Shown: piece after piece, positions 14,127 to 28,691 of the stretch | Numbering within the stretch: the first letter of the stretch is position 1 | Layout: each line of letters begins with the position of its first letter | Assembly (NCBI RefSeq): GCF_009914755.1 | Contig: NC_060935.1 | Reading direction: 5' to 3' (one strand) | Length of the DNA stretch: 64,000 nt | DNA from: the human T2T-CHM13v2.0 reference genome, Homo sapiens | Program-made: the position numbers and the translations under genes | Notes under the pieces: model-generated | Databases searched by the model: none | Told to the model about the DNA's origin: nothing | The model's input: the letters and a program-made list of their open reading frames with translations, nothing else

Positions 14127-15399
14127 GGATCAGCAGAGACTAAAAACAGACAAAGTCTCTTTTTCTATAGGTTACATTCTGGTAGACACACATCAAGTTG
14201 CCTTATTTGTTTAGAGTGAGCAGGTAACATATCAACTCTGTGAGACGGTTTGGGGGCCAATAAAGAAGAATAAAGAAGGGGAAAGGGATCAGAGATGAGC
14301 AGTAGAGATGAGTTGCCGTTTTACATAGGGAGGTCAGGGAAGCCCCTCTTGCCAGGGGACACATGAACACAACCCAAAGGAAGTGAGCAATGTGTCTATC
14401 CAGGGGAGGAATGTTCCAGACAGAAAGTGCAGTAGGGCAAAGATAACCGCATGCCTACTGTATTCCAGGGGCAACAAGGAGGCCAGTGTGGCCAGAGTGG
14501 AGGGAAACAATGAAGTGTGGGCTGGAGATGAGCCTGAGAGACACCAGAAGCCACATTATGGAAGGCCCCATGGGCCACTGATAAGACTTGGGCTTACACT
14601 CTCAAGAGAAGGAAGCTCTTGAGTGGATGTGAGCAGGACAGTGACAGAATCTGACTTCACATCAGAGGATGACAGGCAGGGGTACAAAGGTGGCAACAAG
14701 GAGACTATTTAGAATGCCACTGCAGCAATCCAGACAAACGATTATTATGATGACTCGGATCAGAAGGGTACTGGTAGAGACGGATCTACTTTGAGGGCTG
14801 GGCCAATGCAATTTGCTGATGGGTTAGATGAGCAGTGAGACACAAACGGGAAGTCTAGGACAGCATCAGGATATTTGGCCTGAGCACTGGTAGAATAGAG
14901 TCTGGGTTATAAATTTCAATATGGGAGTCATTAGTGGTATATAGAAATATTTAAAACCATGTGGCCAAATAAGATCCTCTAGAGCGTAAGTGTAGCTAGA
15001 GAAGTCCAAGTGCTGGGACGTTCCAGTGTGTTGGGGTCTGGACAAGGAAGAAGAACTAGCCAAGGAGACCGATTGAGAAGAGGATTTAGTGAGAAAAGAA
15101 GAAAACATGAAGAGCAATGTCCTGAGACACTTAAGAAACAGGGAGTGATCAACTGAGTCAAACCTGCCAACAACTAAGTAAGAGAAGGACTGAGAAATGA
15201 TTTGAAACATGGAGGTCACTGTGACCTGACGAAGAGAGGTTTTGGTAGAGAGGTAGGAAGGGAAGCACGACTGGAAAAATTCAAGAAAAGGGAGGAGAAG
15301 CAGTGGAGACAGAGTACAGACAACTCTTTTAGAGTTTTCCTAAAAAAGGAACAAAGAAATGGGATGGTAGCTGGAGAAGAATATGGCATAATGGAAGCA

Positions 15400-15828
<429 letters not shown>

Positions 15829-16299
15829 TAGAGAGGGAAAGGTTGTCAGTGCAGATACAGAGGGCACAAATGCAGGAATAACACGCTTGAGTAGGCAACG
15901 AAGAGGTGGGGACCCAACGCCCGTCTAAAAGGGCTGGCCTTATACTAGCACCCACTTTCCCATGTGCCTGCACTGGACGTCTGCTCTCACAGTCTCGTCC
16001 CTATGCTGCTTTACGCTTCAGTTGATCACTCCCTGTTTCTTGAGCGTCTCAGGACATCACTCTTCATGGTTTTCTTCTTTTCTCACTAAATGCTCTTCTC
16101 AGTCGGTTTCCTTGGCTAGTTCTTCTTCCTCGTCCAGACCTCAAAACACTGGAACGTCCCAGCGCTTGGACTTCTCTAGCTACACTTAACGCTCTAGAGA
16201 AACTCATTCCAGAGGGGGGAGAAAAGGTCAGAGTTTGTTCCCCTCCTGCTTCAAGCATCTGGATCCAGCCCTCTCCCCAAACACATTGATCTACTTGAT

Positions 16300-16880
16300 G
16301 ACTATGTCCTATCAATTCTACTTCCTAACATCTCTCAGATGTGTCCCCCTCCTCCCCATCCCTACTGCTACTGCTACTTCTTTGGTCTCTTAACTCCTCT
16401 TTCTGCCTTCAGTGTTAAAGCAGTTTTGATCCATCCTCTCATCTTCTGACATTTTCCCAAAATGAAAAACTGATCATGCTTGAAACTCCTCATATCTACA
16501 GAATAAAATGCAAATTCACTGGCATTGTTGATGAGGACCCCATGAGCTGGTCCCTGCCTACTTTCCCCTTCATTATCCCACATTGTTTTCCCTCCTTATC
16601 AATCCTGTATCCCACCCTTAGGCACATCCAACTCTTAGCTCTTTCACACCCTACCCCCTTTCAGGTAGAGATGGCCTATGCAGAGGCCTCCACTGGGGAG
16701 ACATCTGTGATGGCATGTATAACACTGCATTGCACCAGACTGTTTCCTCTCCCTTACTAGACTATGAGTGAGCCCACCTGAAGGTGGTAACAGTATCTTG
16801 TTAATCTTGATAGCCCCCTGCAAAGTGCCTAGAACTTAAAAGGAATTATTATTTGTGTTGAATGACTAAATGAATGAAAA
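16300..16880 (+). mobile_element. L2 3' fragment
   Basis: CTAGACTATGAG...AAGTGCCTAGAAC...TTGAATGACTAAATGAATGA terminus. Confidence 0.6.
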
Positions 16881-17658
16881 TGTAAATAGTTAAAAACCTA
16901 GGCCTCTTGTATGCCTGCTCACAACATTGTCTGCAGACTTCCTCGCCTTTCTCTTTGTGGTGTATGAGCTGAAGAACAACAGAGAAAGGTACACGAAGCA
17001 CTCGGTGCAGCCCAGTATCGCCGTCAGCCCCCGAAGCCCTCTCCCACTAGGCACGAAAGCTACACACTGGCTGGGTCCTGGTCCCATCACTTTCTGGGTG
17101 TGCTCATGGGCAAGCCCTCTAAGTTCTCTGTGCCTCAGGTTCTTTAAACACAGACAACACTTACTCTGAGTGTCCTCACACACCAGCTGTGTGGCTAAGA
17201 TGACGCAAATCTCTAACAGTGTTTGAACACTATAAATCATTCCATAAAGGTAAAATAAATAATTTTTAAAAGTAAATACAAAGCAGCCATCAGACACCCA
17301 AGACTGCTCTTATCATCTCTCTGTTATTCTACAATCCCAGAGTATGCCCCTGGGAGGCAGACACTGTAGAACTGGGCACTTGTGCCGTGGCCTTGTCAGC
17401 AGGCAGCCAGTTCTGCTGCTCAACACAGGCATGGATGCCAACACTGCAGCATGCAACTGGCCAAAACCAACATTTTAAGGAGAGATGAAGTAAGATGAAC
17501 AGATAAAAGAAAGCAGGGGAGAATGCAAAGGACATTTAAAAGAAACAGAGCACCATAAATGCACACACACACACAAATATGTAAGACACATAATTAGGAT
17601 GGAAAGAATATGAGCTAAGGTATGGAAAGAGAAATAAATTTAAAGAAAAAGTATTGTG

Positions 17659-17985
17659 GGCCAGACATGGTGGCTCATGCCTCTAATTCCAACAATTTGA
17701 GAGGCCAAGGTGGGAAGATCACTTGAGCCCAGGAGTTGGAGACCAGCCTAGGCAACATGGTAAAACTCTATCTCTACAAAAAAAAAATTTAAAAATTAGC
17801 TGGGTGTGATGGCATGCCCCCGTGGTCCCAGCTACTCAAGAGGCTGAGGCAGGAGGATCCTTGAGCCCAGGAGGTCAAGGCTACAGTGAGCCATGGTTAC
17901 ACCATGGCACTCTAGCCTGGGCAACAAAGTGAGATCCTGTCTCAAAAATTAAAAAAAAAAAAAAAAGAAACAAGAAAAGAAAAAG
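17659..17985 (+). mobile_element. AluJ
   Basis: Dimer with AluJ diagnostics (CTTGAGCCCAGGAGGTCAAGGCT) and A-rich tail. Confidence 0.9.
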
Positions 17986-18098
17986 CATCGTGTGTATGTG
18001 TGCGCATGCACATAGACAGAAAGTGAGAGTTAAAGTGCATAATAAATATTCCCTCTGGCACTGTCTCACAGGAACACGCCCCAATCCCTGGGCTAGTG

Positions 18099-18143
18099 AC
18101 ACAGGCCCCTCTTCAGTAACACAGGCCCCTCTTCAGTAACACA
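18099..18143. repeat. Perfect 20-bp tandem duplication (ACAGGCCCCTCTTCAGTAAC)x2
   Basis: 18101-18120 is identical to 18121-18140. Confidence 0.95.
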
Positions 18144-19644
18144 AGAAGCATTTGTGCTAAGGAATGCCTCATATATTGTCAGGTGCCCCGAGGAACTTTT
18201 CTGGAGGGAAGGCTGTCTTTAGTCCTTGATGAACTTGGCATGCTCCAAGTTGCTCTGCTTTTTCTGGTTATAGGGCTACTACAAGTGTTAGTAACAAGAA
18301 GGGACTAAGCTGGAGCTAGTTGGGAAAAAGTCCTAGTAGTCCTGGAAACAGCCTGAGAGGTACCATGAGTGCCATGAGTGTTATGAGTGCCATGAAGTGA
18401 GCCTGTCTGCAGGTGAAGGTTATACAGGGCTCAGTGTCCAAAATGCTTCCATCCCTACTAAGCAATGTCTAGCCTGCTTCAAATGAAACTGCCTGGAAGG
18501 TGGCCGGCCATTCAGCATTCTCGGGCTTCTCTACTAAGGGCCCTGTTGGCTTGGTGGCATCACCATCCTCCTGCCACTCAGTGACTGCCCCAATTCTGGG
18601 GATGGCATTCTCACTGCGCTACCCTAAAGCCATACTCTTGAGCGTGGAGGAGAAAAAGGAGGAAGAGTGCCTCAGTCAGCAAGTCCAAGAGTTTGTTCCC
18701 CAGCCTAGAGCAGAAACTTGCCCAGTAACAAGACATAGACATCCCATTCCAGAAAAGTCCTGAGAAAAAGCCAAAGGACAGGGTGATACTCACAACTTGG
18801 CTTTCTTGCTCCCAAAGCAAGCATCTCAAACAGTTGTGAGCCCTCAACAGGGTCCAGGGCAGCCTCAGCCCCCAACTGGGGCTATATCTAGGCCACCATC
18901 TATAGAGATTTTCCAGGTCCCTACAGCTTGTCAGAGTTACGTGAAAGGTAGTGAGAGTCACAGCATAAATTGAGTTGCCTTTTCAATTCCAGAAAGCACA
19001 TCTAAGAATCTATGGAAGCCACACCTGTCTGCCCCCAAGCTGATTTCTAAGGAAGCACCAAGTGGACCGCTGAGCTCTTCTCCGGGAGGGAATGATGAAC
19101 TCTCTAAGGAGCAGTGGCAAGTGAACACAGAGAGAATACTGACACTGCAGAAGCCCCCTCTGAGGTTACTGATCCCTGACAGGAACATCCCCAGTGCCCT
19201 AGTCCAGTAAAGACTGGGCTGCTGTATAAAGCAGAGCCAGGCATTAGACAAAGCCAAGAGGGAGGCAAATCCGATTCCAGGAAACCATGCCAATGGCACT
19301 TGTGGTAGTTTTAAAACGTGGTCCCCAAATTCTTTGACATGCCTCCAGTCAAAATAACCCCTCCTCTTAAATCTGGGCTCTGTTACTGCTTGATTGATAG
19401 CATACAATACAAGTGATGTGGTGCTACTTTTCAGGCCCAGGCCTAAAAAAATCAGCAGCTCCTAATTCCTGTCTACCATGCTAGGAGCAAGCCCAGGCCA
19501 CGTGGAAAGGGTACATGTAGGTGTTCTGGCTGCCAGTCCCAGGTAAAGCCCCAGCAACAGCTAGAATCCCCCAGACGTGGGGTTAAGACATCTCCAGGTG
19601 ATACCAGCCCCTAGCTACTGAGCCCCACCACAAGCCTTGAAGTC

Positions 19645-19952
19645 TTTTACTTTTTTCTTTTTGAGAGACAGTGTCTCACTCTGTTGCCAGGCTGCAGTGC
19701 AGTGGCAAGATCTCAGCTCACTGAAGCCTGGAATTCTTGGGCTCAAGCGAGCCTCCCGCCTCAGCCTCATGAGTAGCTGGGAGCACAGGTGCATTCCAGC
19801 ACACTGGGCTAATTTTATTATTATTACTAGTTTTTGTAGAGACAGGGTCTTGCTATGTTGCCCAGCCTGGTCTTGAACTCCTGGGCTCAAGTGATCCTTA
19901 TGCCTCAGCCTCCCAAAGTGCTGGGATTACAAGCGTGAGCCACTGCGCCCAG
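19645..19952 (-). mobile_element. AluJ
   Basis: Antisense dimer; TSD AGCCTTGAAGTCTTTT. Confidence 0.9.
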
Positions 19953-20537
19953 CCAGCCTTGAAGTCTTTTTAGCCAAGGCAGACATCATGGAGCAGGGGC
20001 AAGCCATCCCTGCAGTGCTCTGTCTGAATTCCTAATCCATGGAGTCTGGGAGCATAAGAACATGTTGTTTTATGCCATTAAATTTTTTTTTTGAGGTGGG
20101 TGGTTGGCAGTAGATGTCTGGAATATATTTTGGCGCCTGCAAGAGAGGTGCTACTGAAACAAAATCTTAAAACAGTGACTTTTGGGCTGTCAGTAGGGGC
20201 ATAAAGGAGAGTAAGGAAATGCTATTAGAAGCTAGAAAAGAAGGAACCCTTATAGTGTTGAAAAGCTTGTCAGCTGTGGTAACATAGATAATAGGAAATA
20301 CAGCTAATAAATCTGATGAACTACCTAAGGAGATTTGCAGGCAAAGTGCTGAAGGTGCCATCTGACTTGCTCTAGCTGCCTACAGTAAAAAAGAGAAAAG
20401 AGGTAAACTAAGAAGGAGCTGTTTCGTTGTTAAAATTTAAAGGAATCACAAATGAGAAAGGGCTTGCTGGTTTTCACTTCCAGTACCTCTAGGCAGGAAA
20501 ACATTCTCAAATTAAGAAATGGCTTCCAGATTGTGGT

Positions 20538-20906
<369 letters not shown>

Positions 20907-20982
20907 TCAAACTGTATACTTTAAATTATATAATTTATTGTACTTTAATTGTCCCTCAATAAATCTGTTTAAAAAAAATCTA

Positions 20983-21345
<363 letters not shown>

Positions 21346-21442
21346 TCATAGAACAGACAGACAGACAAAAGGCCTCCTAAGAATCTTATGAGTGGGTCCT
21401 GTAAATCCTCTCTGAAGACAGTAAGGCTCCTAAGAATCTTAA

Positions 21443-21803
<361 letters not shown>

Positions 21804-21874
21804 AAGGGGCTTATCTTGAAGTGATTTGTATGTGTGCCTTTTGCTATTATAATGGATTATAAAATGATTCATAA

Positions 21875-22252
<378 letters not shown>

Positions 22253-22679
22253 TGAAGAAAAGACTTTGGGCCCTTAACATATTATGGGCATGAAGCAGAT
22301 GGAGAAACTACTCACCTGCAATAATGAGCTACTTCTATGGAAAAGAAAAGATGAGTCAGAGAGCAGAACCAAAAGCCCAGAGGGTGCAGCTAGAGACAAG
22401 GTAAATGAGTCAACACCTAGTCAAAGAATTAGCAACAGCTGTCCCACTGAATATAAGAAATACATCAAACCAGTGACTGCTGGGTACCTCTTATTTTCCC
22501 CTTTTTGAAAAGAAGCCTATTCAGTGGTTACCCTAAGCCTGTCCCACCAGTGTCTTTTGGGTAGCAGATATACATTCTCTTTAAGTTACAGGTCTTCACA
22601 GCAAGAGAAACAGTACTTAAGGAGCTGCACACAAGGAATGAACCTGCGCCCCAAAAGTCTCATCTACATCCAGACCTGA

Positions 22680-23110
22680 TTTTTTTTTTTTTTTTAAGAC
22701 AGGGTTTCAGTCTATGCCCAAGCTGAAGTGCAGTACAATCTTGGCTCACTGCTACCTCCATCTCCCAGGCTCAAGAATCCTCCTGCCTTAGCTTCTAGAG
22801 GAGCTGGGGCTACAGGCATGCACCACCACACCCAGCCAACTTTTTTATTTTTGGTAGAGAGGGGGTTTCACTATGTTGTTGCCCAGGCTGGTCTTGAATT
22901 CCCAGGCTCAAGTGATCCTCCCACCCCAATCTCCAGAGTAGCTGGGACTACAGGTGTGCACCACCACATCCAGCTAATTTTTGTACTTTTTGTAGAGATG
23001 GGTTTTTTCCATGTTGCCCAGGCTGGTCTCAAACTCCTGGGCTCAAGCGATCTGCCTGCCTCAGCCTCCCCAAGTGCTGGCATTAGAGGCATGAGCCACC
23101 GCACCCGGCC
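22680..23110 (-). mobile_element. Trimeric AluJ (three 7SL-derived arms)
   Basis: Three GCTCAAG..ATC blocks and two A-rich linkers within one ~430-bp unit; ACCTGATTTT on both flanks. Confidence 0.8.
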
Positions 23111-26100
23111 CTATCTGTACCTGATTTTGGTGACAAGATTCCATTGTAATAGACTTCAAGCTGATGCCATGAATAAGAGAAGACCTGAGATTTTAGGGGA
23201 GAGAGTGAGTGTATTTTGCATCTGGGAAAGATGTGAATTGTTGCAATCAGAGGGCAGACTGTATTTTCCAAAGACAGGAACCACAACCTATCCCATTCCA
23301 CATACCTTCTTATAAAGAGATGTTGAGATTCCTCTCAGCAGGTGGTGGAAATTATCTTCCTTTCTCTTGAACTTGGGCAGCCCTTTGTTACTGTCTTAAT
23401 CAATACAGCACAATAGAAGACAAACTATCTGACTTTTGAGGCTAGCTCATTAAAATGCCACGCATTTTTGCCTTGTTCTCTTGGGATTCTTACTCTTGGA
23501 ACCCAGATATCATGCTATGAAGGCATGCTGCCAAGTGTGGAGGTGACGTGCAGGTGTTCCCTAGCTTTAGTCCCAACTGACCGCCAGCATCAACTGTCAT
23601 ACATGTAAGCCTTCAGATGATTTCAGCCCCTAGCCATTGAGTCACCCATAACTTTCAAGCTACCCCCAGCTGATGCTGCAAGGAACAGACACAAGCTTTC
23701 CTTGCTGAGCCCTACCCAAATTGCAATTGGTGGGCAAAATAAATATTATTCTAAGCCACTAAGTTTGGGGTCATTTGTTATGTAGCAATAAATAACCAGA
23801 CCAGTACTGACAGCATCATGGTTGGATTCTAGGAAGCATCTCGAGTAACAGGGGCTGAGGCCACAGGGCCTCCTAAGGGGGGCCTGCCACGGCCAGGACA
23901 GGCCCTGCAGCACTATCTTTTACCCACAGCTACTCAGGAGATTTTTCTTCTCTTTAGGCTCTTAGCTTCCCCCGATCTAAGGCACAGGGTCCAAATCTGT
24001 GCCTACATTGGCCATGGAACCTCAAGACATCTCTGGATTTCACTGTATCACAAACTGAGGCCACCCTCTGCATAAAAACCTGCAAATATGAGTTGAAATT
24101 AGGGCTCCACTGCCAATTAGCTGTGTGGGCTTACAGGTTCCTCATTTGTAATGTAAGTTACTGAGCCAGATATATCTCAAGATCCCTTCCAACTCTAACA
24201 TCCCAACAGAGAATGTATCGGGCCTCCAAAGAGTTCCAGCTGAGTAGGGGAAATAAGACCCACACAAATATCCACTTTATGAGATACTATATGATAAGTG
24301 CCATTTGGCCGTTTTGAACCAAAGATTCTGAGTGAATGCAGAGGAGGGAGGGATTTGTCTTAGTTGGGTGGTCAAGAAAAACACTGGGAGAGAAGTGAAT
24401 AATTGTATCCAGATTGGCAGAAATGTAAGGTTTGCATTAGAGAACAGTGAACTATTAGGGCAGAAAGAAAGACCAGGGCCAGATCATGAAAAGCCCTGCA
24501 AACCAGGCTAAGTTTGACTTTATCATGGATAGCAGTACTTTGGGGGCAGGAAGATCCCAGGAGTGCTCATAGGAAGGGAATGTGTTGGGATAATAAAATA
24601 ACAGAAGGATGAAGAGAGGCAGGCTTGAGTACCTCTTCCTACTAGTTTTGTATCCTTAAGGAGTACCTCCTCTTTTCTGTGCCTCAGTTTCCCAATCTGT
24701 AAATCAAATGGGTTGGACTGAATGAGCTACAAAGCCCCCTTTCAGCTCTACCTTTCTAAGAAACTACAGACTAGATGAAAACAGAGTCCAAAGCTAAGAT
24801 GACCCATTAGGAAGGTACTATAAGGACTCAAGTAGTACAACAGCCTATGCTCTAAGAGGCTGCTCTCCCATCTATCTAGTTGACTAATCAACAAATAGCT
24901 AATGGCTTCTACGTGCCAGGCATTGTTCCAGGCTCTAGGCACACAGAAAGACATCAAAGTCCTTGCCCTCAAGAATTATATATTCTCACACACTCAGATT
25001 TTCAGCACCCACCACAAGCAAAAGTTCTCAAACTCAAGGCTGATACAGTCTGTTATTTCCAAGTTGCAATGACCCAGGTGCTGGAGTTTCATAGTGAAGA
25101 AGCTGTGGAGGAAATCAGCAGGTCTTCAGAGAAGAGCCCCTGCTGCCTGCCAGGTCTTACTGCAAAAGTGAAATCTCCTGAGAGCAGTAAGTGGCAAAGT
25201 TCACCCTATCTACACAGCTGAATTAGCTCTAAACATAATACTTCCTTTTTTGCAAGTTACCAACCTGCTTCCAGTCCCACCCCAGGTCATCAACACCAAC
25301 ACAGTGAAGGCTGACCTCTAGAATTCAGAAGAGGTTTGAGAATCCCACCCCAGACCCCCAGAGTGGGATGCAGCCATATCTTGTGAGCTGAAATGGGAAC
25401 AGCCTGTGGGGAGAGTGTATCTGGCAGGTAAGGATGAACAGTATGCTCATTCGGCCTCATCAACAAAAGCGAAGACAAGGAAACCTGCTCCAGGAGACCA
25501 AGATACAGCAAAGAACAAAACTGAGGCAGTCACATGAAAGGCTTAGATTTTCCCCTCCTACACATTCCTGCCAAATCAAGACTAAGCTGCAAAGGAAAAG
25601 GAAGGGAATAAATTAGCAACACACCTGTGAAAACCTAGGGACTGGAATCCAGGGTCTTTAACCCAGACAGGCTTGGTGGTAGCACCAGGTGAAGTCTTAC
25701 ACAAATTAAGGGTACAGTCCTTCAAATACACACCTTGACAGTTACACAGGGTCCCATCTGCCCACCCCCGCCAGTTTTCCTTGACCAGACCTCCCTCTTC
25801 CCCCAAAGCTGGATACAAATGCGTCTTAGAACCACTGGGTTCCTCTGCCTTCATGTGGATGATGTGGAAGTCCCCGACGTAGCCAAAGTGTCAAAGGCCC
25901 AGCTTTCCAAGGCCCCAACACCCTCCCCTCCCCAACTAAAGCTCTGGTCACACCGAGGAGTCTCCTCCTTGGATTCATGTGCTGGCAATGATAAAAGGGC
26001 CCCAGGTCACTACCAAACACCTATTGAAAGGTCAAACTAAGAAACTCAGGTGCCAAGATCATCAATCCAAGTTGTAAATACCTTGGAGAAAGAGAATGGA

Positions 26101-28376
26101 TCATCCCTCTTTGCCCTCCAGTGCCCAGCACAGAGCCTGGCACCCAGGAGAACCCTCTGAGTTCACCGACAATGCCTTCCTAAATGAACTGGTGATTTAC
26201 TGCCTTAGCCCAAAGAACACACCCAGATGTGGCCAGGGGTGAAGGCAGCCAAAGAAACCACCAGATCACAATGTCTAAATAATACCTACACCCCAGGGGT
26301 AGTCTCTGAGAGAAGGGTGTCACTAGCCACAGAGGCCTGCAACTTCACACCAAAAGCCAGGCTCCCAGGAAAGAAAGGGGGGAGGGAAGGAAGGAGAGAA
26401 GCGGAAATGTGGTAGGAAGGAAGAGAAGACTTAGAAGGGAGGCAGGAAAGGTGCTTTTTTTAGGCACATCTGAGGCTCAGATATTTACAAACACCATCTA
26501 GCATGTTATGATGGCAAGCATGCTGAGAAGCTAAAGGAAGAGCAATTTCTGAAAACACTTAGAAGTAAGTAGGCATTTACTCCAAATAGAAACTGCAGCA
26601 CCTGTCAGCAGTCTCGAGTCTGCTTTGAAACTTGATGTAAATACTGCCCCTCCCACCCCTCTACCCCATTCCTGTATGGTGGAAATTAGAAGGAAAAAAA
26701 AAGAATATTTAAAGGAGTTGAGGGTTGCTGGGAATGGTAATCTCCATTTCAGGTCCTAAATATACAATTTCTTTAAAATTACAAATAAAATGACACAATC
26801 ACATATATTTGTTTCACTCCTACAGTAGTGTGATATTCTAAAAAACTGGAACCTTAGTTTTCAGCCCCATCTGCCAGCTCAATCATGGTAAGAATGCCAC
26901 TAGGCTGACAAGAGCCCAACAACATGGTTCCCAGGAGCAGGCAATGGGAGATAAAGACTCTGAGACCTTGACTTGTTTCTACCTTGGACACCAACATGTT
27001 CTGGAGGAGGTCAGTTTCTCCACCTGCTTTGCCCAAGAAGCTGTTCCTTGCCACTCCCAGCCTCACTCAGTACAGGGAAGCTGGTATGCCACCAAGCCCA
27101 GTCTAAATGAGAGGGATTGCCTGGGCAAGGGGTGTTCCTATCAGTCTTGCTGCTGCAAGTGGATAGTCAGTTTGCTTGGCTAAGTCCCAGGATCTTACGT
27201 ACTTAACAAGTCAGAGTCCATCAAACCCTGTTTGGCATAGTCCATCCAGACTGTTTCTATTGGGACAAAGTCCTGTATGTATGGTGTGGGGAACCCCTGC
27301 CTCCTTCATGACAGTCACTCCCCAGGGGCTACATCCCGTGCACTATTCTACCAACTATATCTGGACTCCAGTTCTGAATGAACCAAATGTTTACCACCAA
27401 CTCTGACCAGACCCTATTGGACTCAGCCTAGCACTGCACAGCCAGATATCCAGGAATGAACTAGCCCTATCCAAACCAAAGCTAAGCATCCTTCTCATAG
27501 CTATCCATCTTAGAGGCAGAGGCCCCAAAAGCCAAATTTGTCCACCTGACATTCAGCAGAAAGGGCTATGAGAGGTACACAGCTTTAATAAAAAAGACTA
27601 AAGGTTCTTTTAAGATATCAGTGTCCAGCCTTGGCCAAGACCAGAGAAGCCCTGGTGAGAGTACTGTGCATCTATCTGTGCATCTGTGAGTTCTGGAAGC
27701 TTTGATCTCATCCTCAAAAGGGGGTTAAAATTTATTGAGTAGCTTTATGTCAGCCATAATGCTAAGCACTGACATATATTATCTCATTTAGTCCTCAGAG
27801 AAACTCTGTAAGATAACTACTATTATTATTTTATAGATGAAATAATGAAGATTTTATAGGGCACAGGGAAACGTTCTGAGAGCTCGCTATTTGGTAAGTG
27901 GTTAGAACCTGGATTTGAACCAAATCCATGATTCCAAAATCCACGGTTTCTCTAAACTCCTATAAAGCCTAGGCTGCTGCTTGGAGTTTGTGCTAATATG
28001 CGTAACTGCCTCTCTACCCTTAGCCCAATGTGGTCAGCCTCCCTCACTACAGTGCAGCTTAGCTCAGGCACAGGCCCCAAGCTCTCCCCACCATGGGAAA
28101 AGGTTACAAGCCAGAAGAACATCAGCTGCTTCTTGCTGGCCCCATCCTTAGAATGCTAGACACAAAGCAAGGCTTGTTTTAGGGTTACTGTTTGCTATAT
28201 CACATAGAAACTTACAGAACTAGAAAATATCTTCTGCCTAATGGTCAGCATGAGCTGGCCTAGACCAGTCACCTGGATGACTGTCAGTCAAGATGATGAC
28301 TATTTACATTTTGGAGGGATCCCACCCAGGACCTAGGTCCCTTGATGCCACCTCCCACAAGTGCTCCCTTACCCAC

Positions 28377-28456
28377 CTGCTCAGAGTCCCCCGAGGGGCT
28401 TTAGTGCCACCAGCTCCGTGGGTGATGCTGGAATTCTTGTTGGCAGTCATGGTCAT
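28377..28456 (-). CDS. DENND2B: DENND2B/ST5 first coding exon, codons 1-27 (MTMTANKNSSITHGAGGTKAPRGTLS-R); the exon probably begins at 28481 with 25 nt of 5' UTR
   Basis: ATG at 28456-28454; the peptide matches the ST5/DENND2B N-terminus as I recall it; acceptor TCTTTGCAG|G (AG at 28483-28482); donor CAG|GTGGGT (GT at 28376-28375); 80 coding nt, phase 2, joining in frame to the next exon. Confidence 0.96.
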
Positions 28457-28691
28457 TTCGGCTCTCTGCAAACCCAGAGCCCTGCAAAGACGACAATGCC
28501 GGTAAGCCAAGTTTCTATAGGCAGCCAAAAGCACCTTGAACATCTTCCAGATGACCTCCAAAAGTGCCAAGAGGGTGTCTGTGGCAGGTAGTAGAAACTG
28601 CTTTCCCACTTAATGTTTAACTCCATGTGTTACAGCTTAAGAGACCCCAAGAAACCCCTGGCCTGGAATACGGAGGAGTGTGAGCTAATTT

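Noticed and set aside
21369-21441. Repeated AAGG(C)CTCCTAAGAATCTTA
   Set aside because: Lies inside the MaLR internal sequence and is probably intrinsic to it; I cannot show it is locus-specific.
22728-23315. 195-aa ORF
   Set aside because: Antisense Alu translation lengthened by the trimeric Alu.
28304-28609. 101-aa ORF as a standalone gene
   Set aside because: Only 28456-28377 is coding; the flanks are intron or UTR read-through past clear splice sites.
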